64,000 nt of DNA from Octopus vulgaris (lineage: Eukaryota). The notes under the pieces were generated by a model. It had not been told where the DNA came from. It searched no databases and was given only the letters and a program-made list of their open reading frames with translations. How positions within the stretch are numbered: position 1 is the first letter of the stretch; every line of letters begins with the position of its first letter. Made by a program: the position numbers and the translations under genes. Of the stretch, positions 52,058 to 64,000 are shown one piece after another. The DNA is taken from the NCBI GenBank assembly GCA_951406725.2, contig OX597824.1, forward strand, positions 12,896,001 to 12,960,000, read 5' to 3'.

Positions 52058-52325
52058 ATAATAATAATAATAATAATAATTGTGTACAGTGCTCAGGTGC
52101 ACTACAACTCATCTAAAGTGTATATATAATCAGGTGTAGTTTCGGCGTATTTCGGAAAGCATGAGGGCCTTAAAGGATGCAGTGTCATGGCAGTCAACAA
52201 CTGACGCAGGCAGTTTATTCCATGCTTCAGCAACTCTGAGCGTGAAAAAATGTTTCCGAAAGTCATGGGAGCTGTGTTGTTTTCTGACTTTGTAGGCATG
52301 TCCACGTGTGTTAGACACGTAGAAA
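52058..52325 (-). mobile_element. CR1-type LINE 3' fragment
   Basis: SNTRGHAYKVRKQHSSHDFRKHFFTLRVAEAWNKLPASVV...SFK, with an (ATT)n tail. Confidence 0.85.
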
Positions 52326-52559
52326 GAGGGGATTGAGGCCGAGATTAGTGTATGTGGGAAATAGGGAACATAGAGATCCAAGCTGATTGGGTAATTCACA
52401 ATCTGAATGAGATAAAATGAGATAACCGGACACTGCTGTTTGGACATTGGTGATTTCGCATGGCTGACAGGATATTCAACCTGTTTTGGAGCCAGTGCAT
52501 TTTGGTGCTGGAGGAAAACAGACAGACGGACGGACACACGTGCATGTGCAGAAATGTAT

Positions 52560-52971
52560 AGGCGCAGGAGTGGCTGTGTGGTAAGTAGCTTGCTAACCAA
52601 CCACATGGTTCCGGGTTCAGTCCCACTGCGTTGCATCTTGGGCAAGTGTCTTCTGCTATAGCCCCGGGCTGACCAATGCCTTGTGAGTGGATTTGGTAGA
52701 CAGAAACTGAAAGAAGCCGGTCGTATATATGTATATATATATAAGTGTGTGTGTATATGTTTGTGTGTCTGTGTTTGTCCCCCTAGCATTGCTCGACAAC
52801 CGATGCTGGTGTGTTTACGTCCCCATCACTTAGCGGTTCGGCAAAAGAGACCGATAGAATAAGTACTGGGCTTACAAAGAATAAGTCCCGGGGTCGATTT
52901 GCTCGACTAAAGGCGGTGCTCCAGCATGGCCGCAGTCAAATGACTGAAACAAGTAAAAGAGTAAAAGAGTA
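52560..52971 (+). mobile_element. SINE family A, full length
   Basis: aggcgcaggagtggctgtgtgg...gtaaaagagtaaaagagta. Confidence 0.9.
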
Positions 52972-53089
52972 TACAGATAAGGAGGGAGAGAGAGAGAGAG
53001 TCATTACAATTTATAAGTTGAACATGAGACACAAACACTTCTTTTCCTCATGCACACACATATATATACATACATACATACATATATAT

Positions 53090-53369
53090 CGTTGCCAGAG
53101 TGGCTAACTGGCATTTGTGCCAGTGGCACATAAAAAGTACCATTCGAGCGTGATCATTACCAGCATCGCCTTACTGGCACTTGTGCTGGTGTGCAGTTGA
53201 CACGTAAAAAAAAAAAACACCACTTGAACATGGCTGTTGCCAGTACCGCCTGACTGGCCCGTGCCGGTGGCACGTAAAAGCACCCACTGCACTCTCAGAG
53301 TGGTTGGCGTTAGGAAGGGCATCCGGCTGTAGAAACTCTGCCAGATCAAGATTAGAGCCTGGTGATGAT

Positions 53370-53406
<37 letters not shown>

Positions 53407-53607
53407 TGCCTGACTGGCTCCATGCCGGTGCCATGTAAAAGCACCCACTACACTCTTGGAGTGGTTGGCGTTAGGAAGGGCATCCAGCTGTAGAATCTCT
53501 GCCAGATCAAGATTGAAGCCTGGTGCAGCCATCTGGTTTGCCAGTCCTCAGTCAAATCGTCCAACCCATGCTAGCATGGAAAGCAGACGTTAAACGATGA
53601 TGATGAC
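53090..53607 (+). mobile_element. RTE 3'UTR/tail copy with partial internal duplication around a (TA)n run
   Basis: The segment gcctgactggc...gagcctggtg appears twice. Confidence 0.78.
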
Positions 53608-53927
53608 ATATATATATATATAAAGAGAGAGAGAGAGAGGGAGACTGAAAGTAAAATTAAAATGTCTGATGCCAAGGCAATTATGCTAAAATGTCTCGAA
53701 TGACCAAGAAAATGATTGACTGCTTCAATCTTGTTACCAATACAACTTTGTATACTTGGACGAAACATTTAACTTTCAACAGGAGGATTTGACCACTTCT
53801 CAGTAATGATCCAACCTGCAGCTACTTACTATGCAATGTACTTGACCCACTAGAAATAGCAAACAGTGTTCCTCAGATAACAACTTAACATCTTTAACAA
53901 AAGAAGGGACATTTTGTCTGAAAACAG

Positions 53928-54144
53928 GACTCTCTTTACTCTTTTACATGTTTCAGTCATTTGACTGTGGCCATGCTGGAGCACCGTCTTTGTAGTCGAG
54001 CAAGTCGACCCCAGGACTTATTCTTTGTAAGCCTGGTACTTATTCTATCAGTCTCTTTTGCCGAACTGCTAAGTTACGGGGACGTAAACACACCTGCATC
54101 GGTTGTCAAGCGATGTTGGGGGGACAAACACAGACACACACATA

Positions 54145-54186
<42 letters not shown>

Positions 54187-54712
54187 ATGGAAATAGTAGT
54201 TGTGATACCTGTGCCGGTGGCACATAAGAAGCACCATCCGAACATGGCTGATGCCAGCGCCGACTCGACTGGCTTCTGTGCCGGTGGCACATAAAAAGCA
54301 TCATCCAAACGTGGCCAATGCCAGCGCCACCTTCCGTGCTGGTGGCATGTTAAAAGCACCAACCGAACGTGGCCGCTGCCAGACTCCCCTGGCATCTGTG
54401 CCAGTGGCACGTAAAAAGCACCCACTACACTCGTGGAGTGGTTGGCGTTAGGAAGGGCATTCAGCTGGTGCAACCTCCTGGCTTCCCAGACCCCAGTCGA
54501 ACCGTCCAACCCATGCAAGCATGGAAAGCGGACGCTAAACGATGATGATGATGATATACGACGCGTTTCTTTCAATTTCCGTCCACCAAATCCACTCACA
54601 AGGCTTTGGTCAGCCCGAGGCTATAGTGGAAGAAACTTTCACAAGGTGCCATGCAGTAGGACTGAACTCGGAACCATGTGGTTTGTAAGCAAGCTACTTA
54701 CCACACAGCCAT
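53928..54712 (-). mobile_element. SINE family A with an RTE tail copy (54185-54555, +) inserted in its internal (TA)n
   Basis: The two SINE halves flank an opposite-strand RTE UTR ending (GAT)n. Confidence 0.85.
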
Positions 54713-54719
54713 GAAATAG

Positions 54720-55520
54720 ACTACATGTAAGGTATTGGACATAAAATAAACTTGATGTAATGTATAGGCTATAAGAAAGACTAGATGTAATGGATAGTCT
54801 ATAAAAATAGACCAGATGTAAATTGCCTGGACAATGAACAAAACCAGATGTAATGTATAGGCTAAAAGATACATCAGATGTAAATTGCCTGGACAATGAA
54901 ACAAAACCAGATATAATGTATAGGCTAAAAGATAAACCAGATGCAAATTGCCTGGACAATGAAACAAAATCAGATATAATGTATAGGCTAAAAGATAAAC
55001 CAGATGTAAATTGCCTGGACAATGAAACAAAACCAGATATAATGTATAGGCTAAAAGATAAACCAGATGTAAATTGCCTGGACAAAGAAACAAAACCAGA
55101 TATAATGTATAGGCTAAAAGATAAACCAGATGTAAATTGCCTAGACAATGAAGAAAACCTGGACAATGAAACAAAACCAGATATAATGTATAGGCTAAAA
55201 GATAAACCACATGCAAATTGCCTGGACAATGAAACAAAACCAGATACAATGTATAGGCTAAAAGATAAACCAGATGTAAATTGCCTGGACAAAGAAACAA
55301 AACCAGATATAATGTATAGGCTAAAAGATGAACCAGATGTAAATTGCCTAGACAATGAAGAAAACCTGGACAATGAAACAGAACCAGATATAATGTATAG
55401 GCTAAAAGATAAACCAGATGCAAATTGCCTGGACAATGAAACAAAACCAGATAAAATGTATAGGCTAAAAGATAAACCAGATAATAAATTGCATGGACAA
55501 TGAAACAGAACCAGATATAA
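54720..55520. repeat. 63-bp satellite, block 1 (left edge degenerate)
   Basis: Unit aaaccagatataatgtataggctaaaagataaaccagatgyaaattgcctggacaatgaaaca, about 11 units. Confidence 0.95.
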
Positions 55521-57963
55521 AGTTCCGATGATTTTCCAACTTCCTGGAAATTTGGTCGAAAACTTCATGGAAAATTCCGAGGATTTTCCAACCTCTGGAT
55601 ATATGGTCGAAAACTTCATGGAAAGTTCCGATGATTTTCCAACTTCCTGGATATTTGGTCGAAAACTTCATGGAATGTTCCGAGGATTGTCCAACTTCGT
55701 GGGAATTTGGTCGAAAAAAAATCATGGCAAGTTCCGGGGATTTTCTAACTCCCTGGAAATGTGGTCCAAAACGTCATGGAAAGTTCCGAGGATTTTCCAT
55801 CTTCATGGAAATTTGGTCGTAAACTTCATGGGAAGTTCCGATGATTATCCAACTTCCTGGATATTTGGTCGAAAACATCATGGGAAGTGCCGAGGATTAT
55901 CCAACTTCCTGGATATTTGGTCGAAAACTTCATGTGAAGTTCCGAGGATTTTCCAACTTCCTGGAAATTTGGTCGAAAACTTCATGGAAAGTTCCGAGGA
56001 TTTTCCATCTTCATGGAAATTTGGTCGTAAACTTCATGGGAAGTTCCGAGGATTTTCTTACTTCCTGGATATTTGGTCGAAAACATCATGGGAAGTTCCG
56101 GGGATTCTCTAACTCCTTGGATATTTGGTCGAAAACTTCATGTGAAGTTCCGAAGAGTTTCCAACTTCCTGGATATTTGGTCGAAAAATTCATGGAAAGT
56201 TCCGAGGATTATCCAAATTTCTGGATATTTGGTCGAAAACTTCATATGAAGTTCCGAGGATTTTCCAACTTCCTGGAAATTTGGTCGAAAACTTCATGGA
56301 AAGTTCCGAGGATTTTCCATCTTCATGGATATTTGGTCGAAAACATCATGGGAAGTTCTGGGGATTTTCTAACTCCTTGGATATTTGGTCGAAAACTTCA
56401 TGTGAAGTTCCGAGGATTTTCCAACTTCCTGCAAATTTGGTCGAAAACTTCATGGAAAGTTCAGACGATTTTCCAACTTCCTGTAAATTTGGTCGAAAAC
56501 TTCATGGAAATTTCCGATGATTATCCAACTTCCTGGATATTTGGTCGAAAAATTCATGGAAAGTTCCGAGGATTGTCCAACTTCCTGGATATTTGGTCGA
56601 AAACATCATGGAAAGTTCCGGGGATTTTCTAACTCCCTGGAAATGTGGTCCAAAACTTCATGGAAAGTTCCGAGGATTTTCTTACTTCCTGGATATTTGG
56701 TCGAAAACATCATGGGAAGTTCCGGGGATTTTCTAACTCCTTGGAAATGTGGTCCAAAACTTCATGGAAGGTTCCGAGGATTTTCCAACTTCCTGTATAT
56801 TTGGTCGAAAACTTCATCGAAAGTTCCGGGGATTTTCGAAATTCCTGCAAATGTGGTCGAAATATTCATGGAAAGTTCCGAGCAGTTTCAAAATTCCTGG
56901 AAATCTGGTCGAAAGCCCTAACCCTAACCCAACTTCCTGGAAATTTGGTCGAAAACTTCAGGGGAAGTTCCGGGGATTTTCTAACTCCCTGGAAATGTGG
57001 TCCAAAACTTTATGGGAACTTCCGAGGATTTTCTTACTTCCTGGATATTTGGTCGAAAACATCATGGGAAATTCCGGGGATTTTCTAACTCCTTGGATAT
57101 TTGGTGGAAAATTTCATGTGAAGTTCCGATGATTTTCCAACTTCCTGGAAATTTGGTCGAAAACTTCATGGAAAGTTCCGACGATATTCCAACTTCCTGG
57201 GAATTTGGTCGAAAACTTCATGGAAATTTCCGATGATTATCCAACTTCCTGGGAATTTGGTCGAAAACTTCATGGAAATTTCCGATGATTATCCAATTTC
57301 CTGGATATTTGGTCGAAAACTTCATGTGAAGTTCCGAGGATTTTCCAACTTCCTGGAAATGTGGTCGAAAACTTCATGGAAAGTTCCGAGGATTTTCCAT
57401 CTTCATGGAAATTTGGTCGTAAACTTCATGGGAAGTTCCGAGGATTTTCTTACTTCCTGGATATTTGGTCGAAAACATCATGGGAAGTTCCGAGGATTTT
57501 CTAACTCCTTGGATATTTGGTCGAAAACTTCATGTGAAGTTCCGAGGATTTTCCAACTTCCTGGAAATTTGGTCGAAAACTTCATGGAAAGTTCCGACGA
57601 TTTTCCAACTTCCTGGAAATTTGGTCGAAAACTTCATGGAAAGTTCCGACAATTTTCCAACCTCCTGGAAATTTGGTCGAAAACTTCATGGAAATTTCCG
57701 ATGATTATCCAACTTCCTGGATATTTGGTCGAAAAATTCATGGAAAGTTCCGAGGATTGTCAAACTTCCTGGATATTTGGTCGATAACATCATGGAAAGT
57801 TCCGGGGATTTTCTAACTCCCTGGAAATGTGGTCCAAAACTTCATGGAAAGTTCCGAGGATTTTCTTACTTCCTGGAAATTTGGTCGAAAATTTCATGGA
57901 AAATTCCAAGGTTTTTCTAACTTCCTGGATATTTGGTCGAAAACTTCATGGAAAGTTCCGAGG
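55521..57963. repeat. 52-bp satellite, block 1 (about 47 units), with CCCTAACCCTAACCC at ~56915
   Basis: Unit ggaaagttccgaggattttccaacttcctggaaatttggtcgaaaacttcat, with recurrent variants. Confidence 0.95.
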
Positions 57964-58192
57964 ATAATAAATTGCATGGACAATGAAACAGAACCAGATA
58001 TAATGTATAGGCTAAAAGATAAACTACATGCAAACTGCCTGGACAATGAAACAAAACCAAAGATAATGTATAGGCTAAAAGATAAACCAGATGTAAATTG
58101 CCTGGACAATGAAACAAAACCAAAGATAATGTATAGGCTAAAAGATAAACCAGATGGAAAGTGCCTGGACAATGAAACAGAACCAGATATAA
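57964..58192. repeat. 63-bp satellite, block 2 (about 3.5 units)
   Basis: Same unit as block 1. Confidence 0.9.
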
Positions 58193-59516
58193 AGTTCCGA
58201 TGATTTTCCAACTTCCTGGAAATTTGGTCGAAAACTTCATGGAAAATTCCGAGGATTTTCCAACCTCTGGATATATGGTCGAAAACTTCATGGAATGTTC
58301 CGAGGATTGTCCAACTTCGTGGGAATTTGTTCGAAAAAAAAATCATGGCAAGTTCCGGGGATTTTCTAACTCCCTGGAAATGTGGTCCAAAACGTCATGG
58401 AAAGTTCCGAGGATTTTCCATCTTCATGGAAATTTGGTCGTAAACTTCATGGGAAGTTCCGATGATTATCCAACTTCCTGGATATTTGGTCGAAAACATC
58501 ATGGGAAGTGCCGAGGATTATCCAACTTCCTGGATATTTGGTCGAAAACTTCATGTGAAGTTCCGATGATTTTCCAACTTCCTGGAAATTTGGTCGAAAA
58601 CTTCATGGAAAGTTCCGAGGATTTTCCATCTTCATGGAAATTTGGTCGAAAACATCATGGGAAGTTCCGGGGATTTTCTAACTCCTTGGATATTTGGTCG
58701 ACAACTTCATGTGAAGTTCCGAAGAGTTTCCAACTTCCTGAAAATTTGGTCGAAAACTTCATGGAAAGTTCCGACGATTTTCCAACTTCCTGGGAATTTG
58801 GTCGAAAACTTCATGGAAATTTCCGATGATTATCCAACTTCCTGGATATTTGGTCGAAAAATTCATGGAAAGTTCCGAGGATTGTCCAACTTCCTGGATA
58901 TTTGGTCGAAAACATGGAAAATTCCGGGGATTTTTCTAACTCCCTGGAAATGTGGTCCAAAACTTCATGGAAAGTTCCGAGGATTTTCTTACTTCCTGGA
59001 TATTTGGTCGAAAACATCATGGGAAGTTCCGGGGATTTTCTAACTCCTTGGAAATGTGGTCCAAAACTTCATGGAAAGTTCCGAGGATTTTCCAACTTCC
59101 TGTATATTTGGTCGAAAACTTCATCGAAAGTTCCGGGGATTTTCGAAATACCTGCAAATGTGGTCGAAATATTCATGGAAAGTTCCGAGCAGTTTCAAAA
59201 TTCCTGGAAATCTGGTCGAAAGCCCTAACCCTAACCCAACTTCCTGGAAAGTTCCGAGGATTTTCCATCTTCATGGAAATTTGGTCGTAAACTTCATGGG
59301 AAGTTCCGAGGATTTTCTTACTTCCTGGATATTTGGTCGAAAACATCATGGGAAGTTCCGAGGATTTTCTAACTCCTTGGATATTTGGTCGAAAACTTCA
59401 TGTGAAGTTCCGAGGATTTTCCAACTTCCTGGAAATTTGGTCGAAAACTTCATGGAAAGTTCCGACGATTTTCCAACTTCCTGGAAATTTGGTCGAAAAC
59501 TTCATGGAAAGTTCCG
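58193..59516. repeat. 52-bp satellite, block 2 (about 25 units), a shortened duplicate of block 1, with CCCTAACCCTAACCC at ~59223
   Basis: Identical left junction (ccagatataa|agttccgatgatt) and the same order of variant units as block 1. Confidence 0.95.
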
Positions 59517-59616
59517 NNNNNNNNNNNNNNNNNNNNNNNNNNNNNNNNNNNNNNNNNNNNNNNNNNNNNNNNNNNNNNNNNNNNNNNNNNNNNNNNNNNN
59601 NNNNNNNNNNNNNNNN
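59517..59616. other. Assembly gap (100 N)
   Basis: Run of n. Confidence 1.
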
Positions 59617-62600
59617 AAGATAAACCAGATGCAAATTGCCTGGACAATGAAACAGAACCAGATATAATGTATAGGCTAAAAGATAAACTAGATGCAAATT
59701 GCCTGGACAATGAAACAAAACCAGATATAATGTATAGGCTAAAAGATAAACCAGATGTAAATTGCCTGGACAATGAAACAGAACCAGATATAATGTATAG
59801 GCTAAAAGATAAACCAGATAATAAATTGCATGGACAATGAAACAGAACCAGATATAATGTATAGGCTAAAAGATAAACCAGATGCAAATTGCCTGGACAA
59901 TGAATCAAAAGCAGATATAATGTATAGGCTAAAAGATAAACCAGATGTAAATTGCCTGGACAATGAAACAAAACCAGATATAATGTATAGGCTAAAAGAT
60001 AAACCAGATGTAAATTGCCTGGACAATGAAACAGAACCAGATATAATGTATAGGCTAAAAGATAAACCAGATGCAAATTGCCTGGACAATGAAACAGAAC
60101 CAGATATAATGTATAGGCTAAAAGATAAACCAGATGCAAATTGCCTGGACAATGAAACAAAACCAGATATAATGTATAGGCTAAAAGATAAACCAGATGC
60201 AAAATTGCCTGGACAATGAAACAGAACCAGATATAATGTATAGGCTAAAAGATAAACCAGATAATAACTTGCCAGGACAATGAAACAGAACGAGATATAA
60301 TGTATAGGCTAAAAGATAAACCAGATGTAAATTGCCTGGACAATGAAACAAAACCAAAGATAATGTATAGGCTAAAAGATAAACCAGATGTAAATTGCCT
60401 GGACAATGAAACAGAACCAGATATAATGTATAGGCTAAAAGATAAACCAGATGCAAATTGCCTGGACAATGAAATAGAACCAGATATAATGTATAGGCTA
60501 AAAGATAAACCAGATGCAAATTGCCTGGACAATGAAATAGAACCAGATAAAATGTATAGGCTAAAAGATAAACCAGATGCAAATTGCCTGGACAATGAAA
60601 CAAAACCAGATATAATGTATAGGCTAAAAGATAAACCAGATGCAAATTGCCTGGACAATGAAACAAAACCAGATATAATGTATAGGCTAAAAGATAAACC
60701 AGATGTAAATTGCCTGGACAATGAAACAAAACCAGATATAATGTATAGGCTAAAAGATAAACCATATGTAAATTGCCTGGACAATGAAACAGAACCAGAT
60801 ATAATGTATAGGCTAAAAGATAAACCAGATGTAAATTGCCTGGACAATGAAACAAAACCAGATATAATGTATAGGCTAAAAGATAAACCAGATGTAAATT
60901 GCCTGGACAATGAAACAAAACCAGATATAATGTATAGGCTAAAAGATAAACCAGATGCAAATTGCCTGGACAATGAAACAGAACCAGATATAATGTATAG
61001 GCTAAAAGATAAACCAGATGCAAATTGCCTGGACAATGAAATAGAACCAGATATAATGTATAGGCTAAAAGATAAACCAGATGTAAATTGCCTGGACAAT
61101 GAAACAAAACCAGATATAATGTATAGGCTAAAAGATAAACCAGATGTAAATTGCCTGGACAATGAAACAGAACCAGATATAATGTATAGGCTAAAAGATA
61201 AACCAGATGCAAATTGCATGGACAATGAAACAAAACCAGATATAATGTATAGGCTAAAAGATAAACCAGATGCAAAATTCCATGGACAATGAAACAGAAC
61301 CAGATATAATGTATAGGCTAAAAGATAAACCAGATGCAAATTGCCTGGACAATGAAACAAAACCAGATATAATGTATAGGCTAAAAGATAAACCAGATGC
61401 AAATTGCCTGGACAATGAAACAAAACCAGATATAATGTATAGGCTAAAAGATAAACCAGATGTAAATTGCCTGGACAATGAAACAAAACCAGATATAATG
61501 TATAGGCTAAAAGATAAACCAGATAATGAATTGCATGGACAATGAAACAGAACCAGATATAATGTATAGGCTAAAAGATAAACCAGATAATGCAAATTGC
61601 CTGGACAATGAAACAAAACCAGATATAATGTATAGGCTAAAAGATAAACCAGATGCAAATTGCCTGGACAATGAAACAAAACCAGATATAATGTATAGGC
61701 TAAAAGATAAACCAGATGCAAATTGCCTGGACAATGAAACAGAACCAGATATAATGTATAGGCTAAAAGATAAACCAGATGCAAATTGCCTGGACAATGA
61801 AACAAAACCAGATATAATGTATAGGCTAAAAGATAAACCAGATGCAAATTGCATGGACAATGAAACAAAACCAGATATAATGTATAGGCTAAAAGATAAA
61901 CCAGATGCAAATTGCCTGGACAATGAAACAAAACCAGATATAATGTATAGGCTAAAAGATAAACCAGATGTAAATTGCCTGGACAATGAAACAAAACCAG
62001 ATATAATGTATAGGCTAAAAGATAAACCAGATGCAAATTGCCTGGACAATGAAACAGAACCAGATATAATGTATAGGCTAAAAGATAAACCAGATGCAAA
62101 TTGCCTGGACAATGAAACAAAACCAAATATAATGTATAGGCTAAAAGATAAACCAGATGTAAATTGCCTGGACAATGAAACAAAACCAGATATAATGTAT
62201 AGGCTAAAAGATAAACCAGATGTAAATTGCCTGGACAATGAAACAAAACCAGATATAATGTATAGGCTAAAATATAAACCAGATAATAAATTGCATGGAC
62301 AATGAAACAAAACCAGATATAATGTATAGGCTAAAAGATAAACCAGATGCAAATTGCCTGGACAATGAAACAAAACCAGATATAATGTATAGGCTAAAAG
62401 ATAAACCAGATGCAAATTGCCTGGACAATGAACAAAACCAGATATAATGTATAGGCTAAAAGATAAACCAGATGTAAATTGCCTGGACAATGAAACAAAA
62501 CCAGATATAATGTATAGGCTAAAAGTTAAACCAGATGTAAATTGCCTGGACAATGAAACAAAACCAGATATAATGTATAGGCTAAAAGATAAACCAGATG

Positions 62601-62912
62601 TAAATTGCCTGGACAATGAAACAAAACCAGATATAATGTATAGGCTAAAAGATAAACCAGATGTAAATTGCCTGGACAATGAAACAAAACCAGATATAAT
62701 GTATAGGCTAAAAGATAAACCAGATGCAAATTGCCTGGACAATGAAACAAAACCAAATATAATGTATAGGCTAAAAGATAAACCAGATGTAAATTGCCTG
62801 GACAATGAAACAAAACCAGATATAATGTATAGGCTAAAAGATAAACCAGATGTAAAAATTGCATGGACAATTGCCTGGACAATGAAACAGAACCAGATAT
62901 AATGTATAGGCT
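59617..62912. repeat. 63-bp satellite, block 3 (about 52 units), abutting or overlapping the RhoGAP exon
   Basis: Near-perfect tandem units that produce the long repetitive ORFs on both strands. Confidence 0.95.
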
Positions 62913-63132
62913 TCTCTTGTAATGCTTTAATATCTATTTCAGTTTCCTGTTGCGTTGGTTTAATATCAGTTGAGAGCTGATGTTGCCGTGATTTAGGTTC
63001 TGTTGGACTTAGCTGATGTTGACTAACTTCTTTTACACTCTGCTCTTGTGGTTTCATATTTGTTTCATTCTGTTGTTGCAGTGGTTTAGTTTCTGTTGCA
63101 TTTCCCAGTAGGTTCACCATTATGTTGAAGGC
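62847..63132 (-). CDS. Next exon of the RhoGAP gene (AFNIMVNLLGNATETKPLQQQ...QEKPIHY...); 3' boundary uncertain because it runs into the 63-bp satellite
   Basis: Acceptor tttcttttgttag|GCC is phase 0 and matches the previous exon. The frame is the start of ORF 61507..63120. The next exon needs phase 1, and the first in-phase donor-like site seen is a weak TCTG|GTTTAT at 62847. Confidence 0.55.
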
Positions 63133-63324
63133 CTAACAAAAGAAATCATTGATATAATGTTAAACATTGATCAGATATATACAGCAGCACAGATATATTA
63201 AGTTACATACAAATATATACTCATGGACACATAAATAAACAGCTTCACACACATACAGACACACACATAAATAGCTCCAAATACACAAATGTACAGACAC
63301 ACAGCTACATATATACATACACAT

Positions 63325-63583
63325 ACAGAGTTGCTGAAGCATGGAACAGACTGCCGGCATCAGTTGTTAGTTGTCGGAGCACTGCATCCTTCAATACTTC
63401 CATGCTTCCTGAGATTCGCCAACACTACACCTGATTTTCCCCCCTCCATACACACATAAGCATGTATCTGACTCATACACTGTTCGCTTTCGAGACATTT
63501 GTACATTACTGCATATGCTTTATACACACTTTTTGACAAGTTGTGGTGCACCTGAGCACTGTATACAATAATTTCATTATTAT
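63325..63583 (+). mobile_element. CR1-type LINE 3' fragment (intronic)
   Basis: RVAEAWNRLPASVV followed by the same UTR as 16680-16857. Confidence 0.82.
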
Positions 63584-63876
63584 ATCATATATATACACAC
63601 ATGTACAGACACATACAGGCATGCATAGATATATTTACACACACACGGTTGCATAAACATACATATACATACAAACAAATGTGGGGGAATAATTTGTAAA
63701 GAAACATTGTAAAACCACTATTGTGCACGCACACACACACACATAACATACACAAATATATATCGATGGTGATGGAGATGGATGTCAATGATGATAATGA
63801 TGATGATAATAGATTAGATGTTTGTCAGTGTAATGCATTTGTTTCAGAAAGAAGATGAATATTAATAAGGACTTAC

Positions 63877-64000
63877 CTGCGTTTGGTAGTTGGAGTCTTT
63901 GTGTAGCAACGAAGGAATGAAGACAGCTGCCAGTTCTGGTACGGTCATTATGTTATTATTTACAATACGTTGGAAATGAAGAAACAGGCGTTTCCATAGA
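63877..64000 (-). CDS. Exon of RhoGAP-domain protein (C-terminal part of the GAP domain); 5' side runs out of the window
   Basis: Minus-strand translation LWKRLFLHFQRIVNNNIMTVPELAAVFIPSLLHKDSNYQTQ matches the RhoGAP pattern L..L..HL..V...N.MT..NLA.VF.P.LL. It ends at a canonical phase-0 CAG|GTAAGT donor. Confidence 0.8.

Noticed and set aside
55521-59516. CRISPR-like array or coding ORFs in the 52-bp repeat
   Set aside because: No unique spacers, no cas genes, eukaryotic context. A 52-bp unit cycles through frames and gives meaningless ORFs.
59830-62902. Plus-strand (MYRLKDKPDVNCLDNETKPDI)n ORFs as a real repeat protein gene
   Set aside because: They are a by-product of a 63-bp unit length. 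The frame breaks repeatedly, there are no unique N- or C-terminal exons on +, and they are antisense to the RhoGAP gene.

Overview
AT-rich, repeat-dense animal genomic DNA. The SINE, RTE, CR1 and Penelope repertoire looks cephalopod (Octopus-like), but this is an inference. Host content: (1) the 3' end of a minus-strand RhoGAP-domain gene, whose exons (64000-63877, 63132-~62847, 51986-51807, 50211-50076, 48285-48254, 46843-46764) splice in phase to a stop and an AATAAA; (2) a plus-strand 135-aa ORF of unknown family (20521-20928) with a 5'UTR intron and a CRE/YY1-containing promoter; (3) a possible second promoter and 5' exon near 23.2-23.7 kb. Mobile content: a Penelope-like element (RT plus GIY-YIG) with ~420-bp inverted ends, a DD34D-type mariner, two DD37D (maT) copies, a non-autonomous Helitron, RTE and CR1 3' fragments, three tRNA-type SINE families, piggyBac-, hAT- and Merlin-like MITEs, and minimal hammerhead ribozyme motifs. 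The most unusual structure is an ~8.2-kb composite satellite (54.7-62.9 kb, with one 100-N gap) inside the RhoGAP gene. A 63-bp (21-codon) array continues an exon's reading frame and is interrupted twice by a 52-bp satellite rich in STAT-GAS and kB-like motifs that also carries CCCTAA telomere hexamers.
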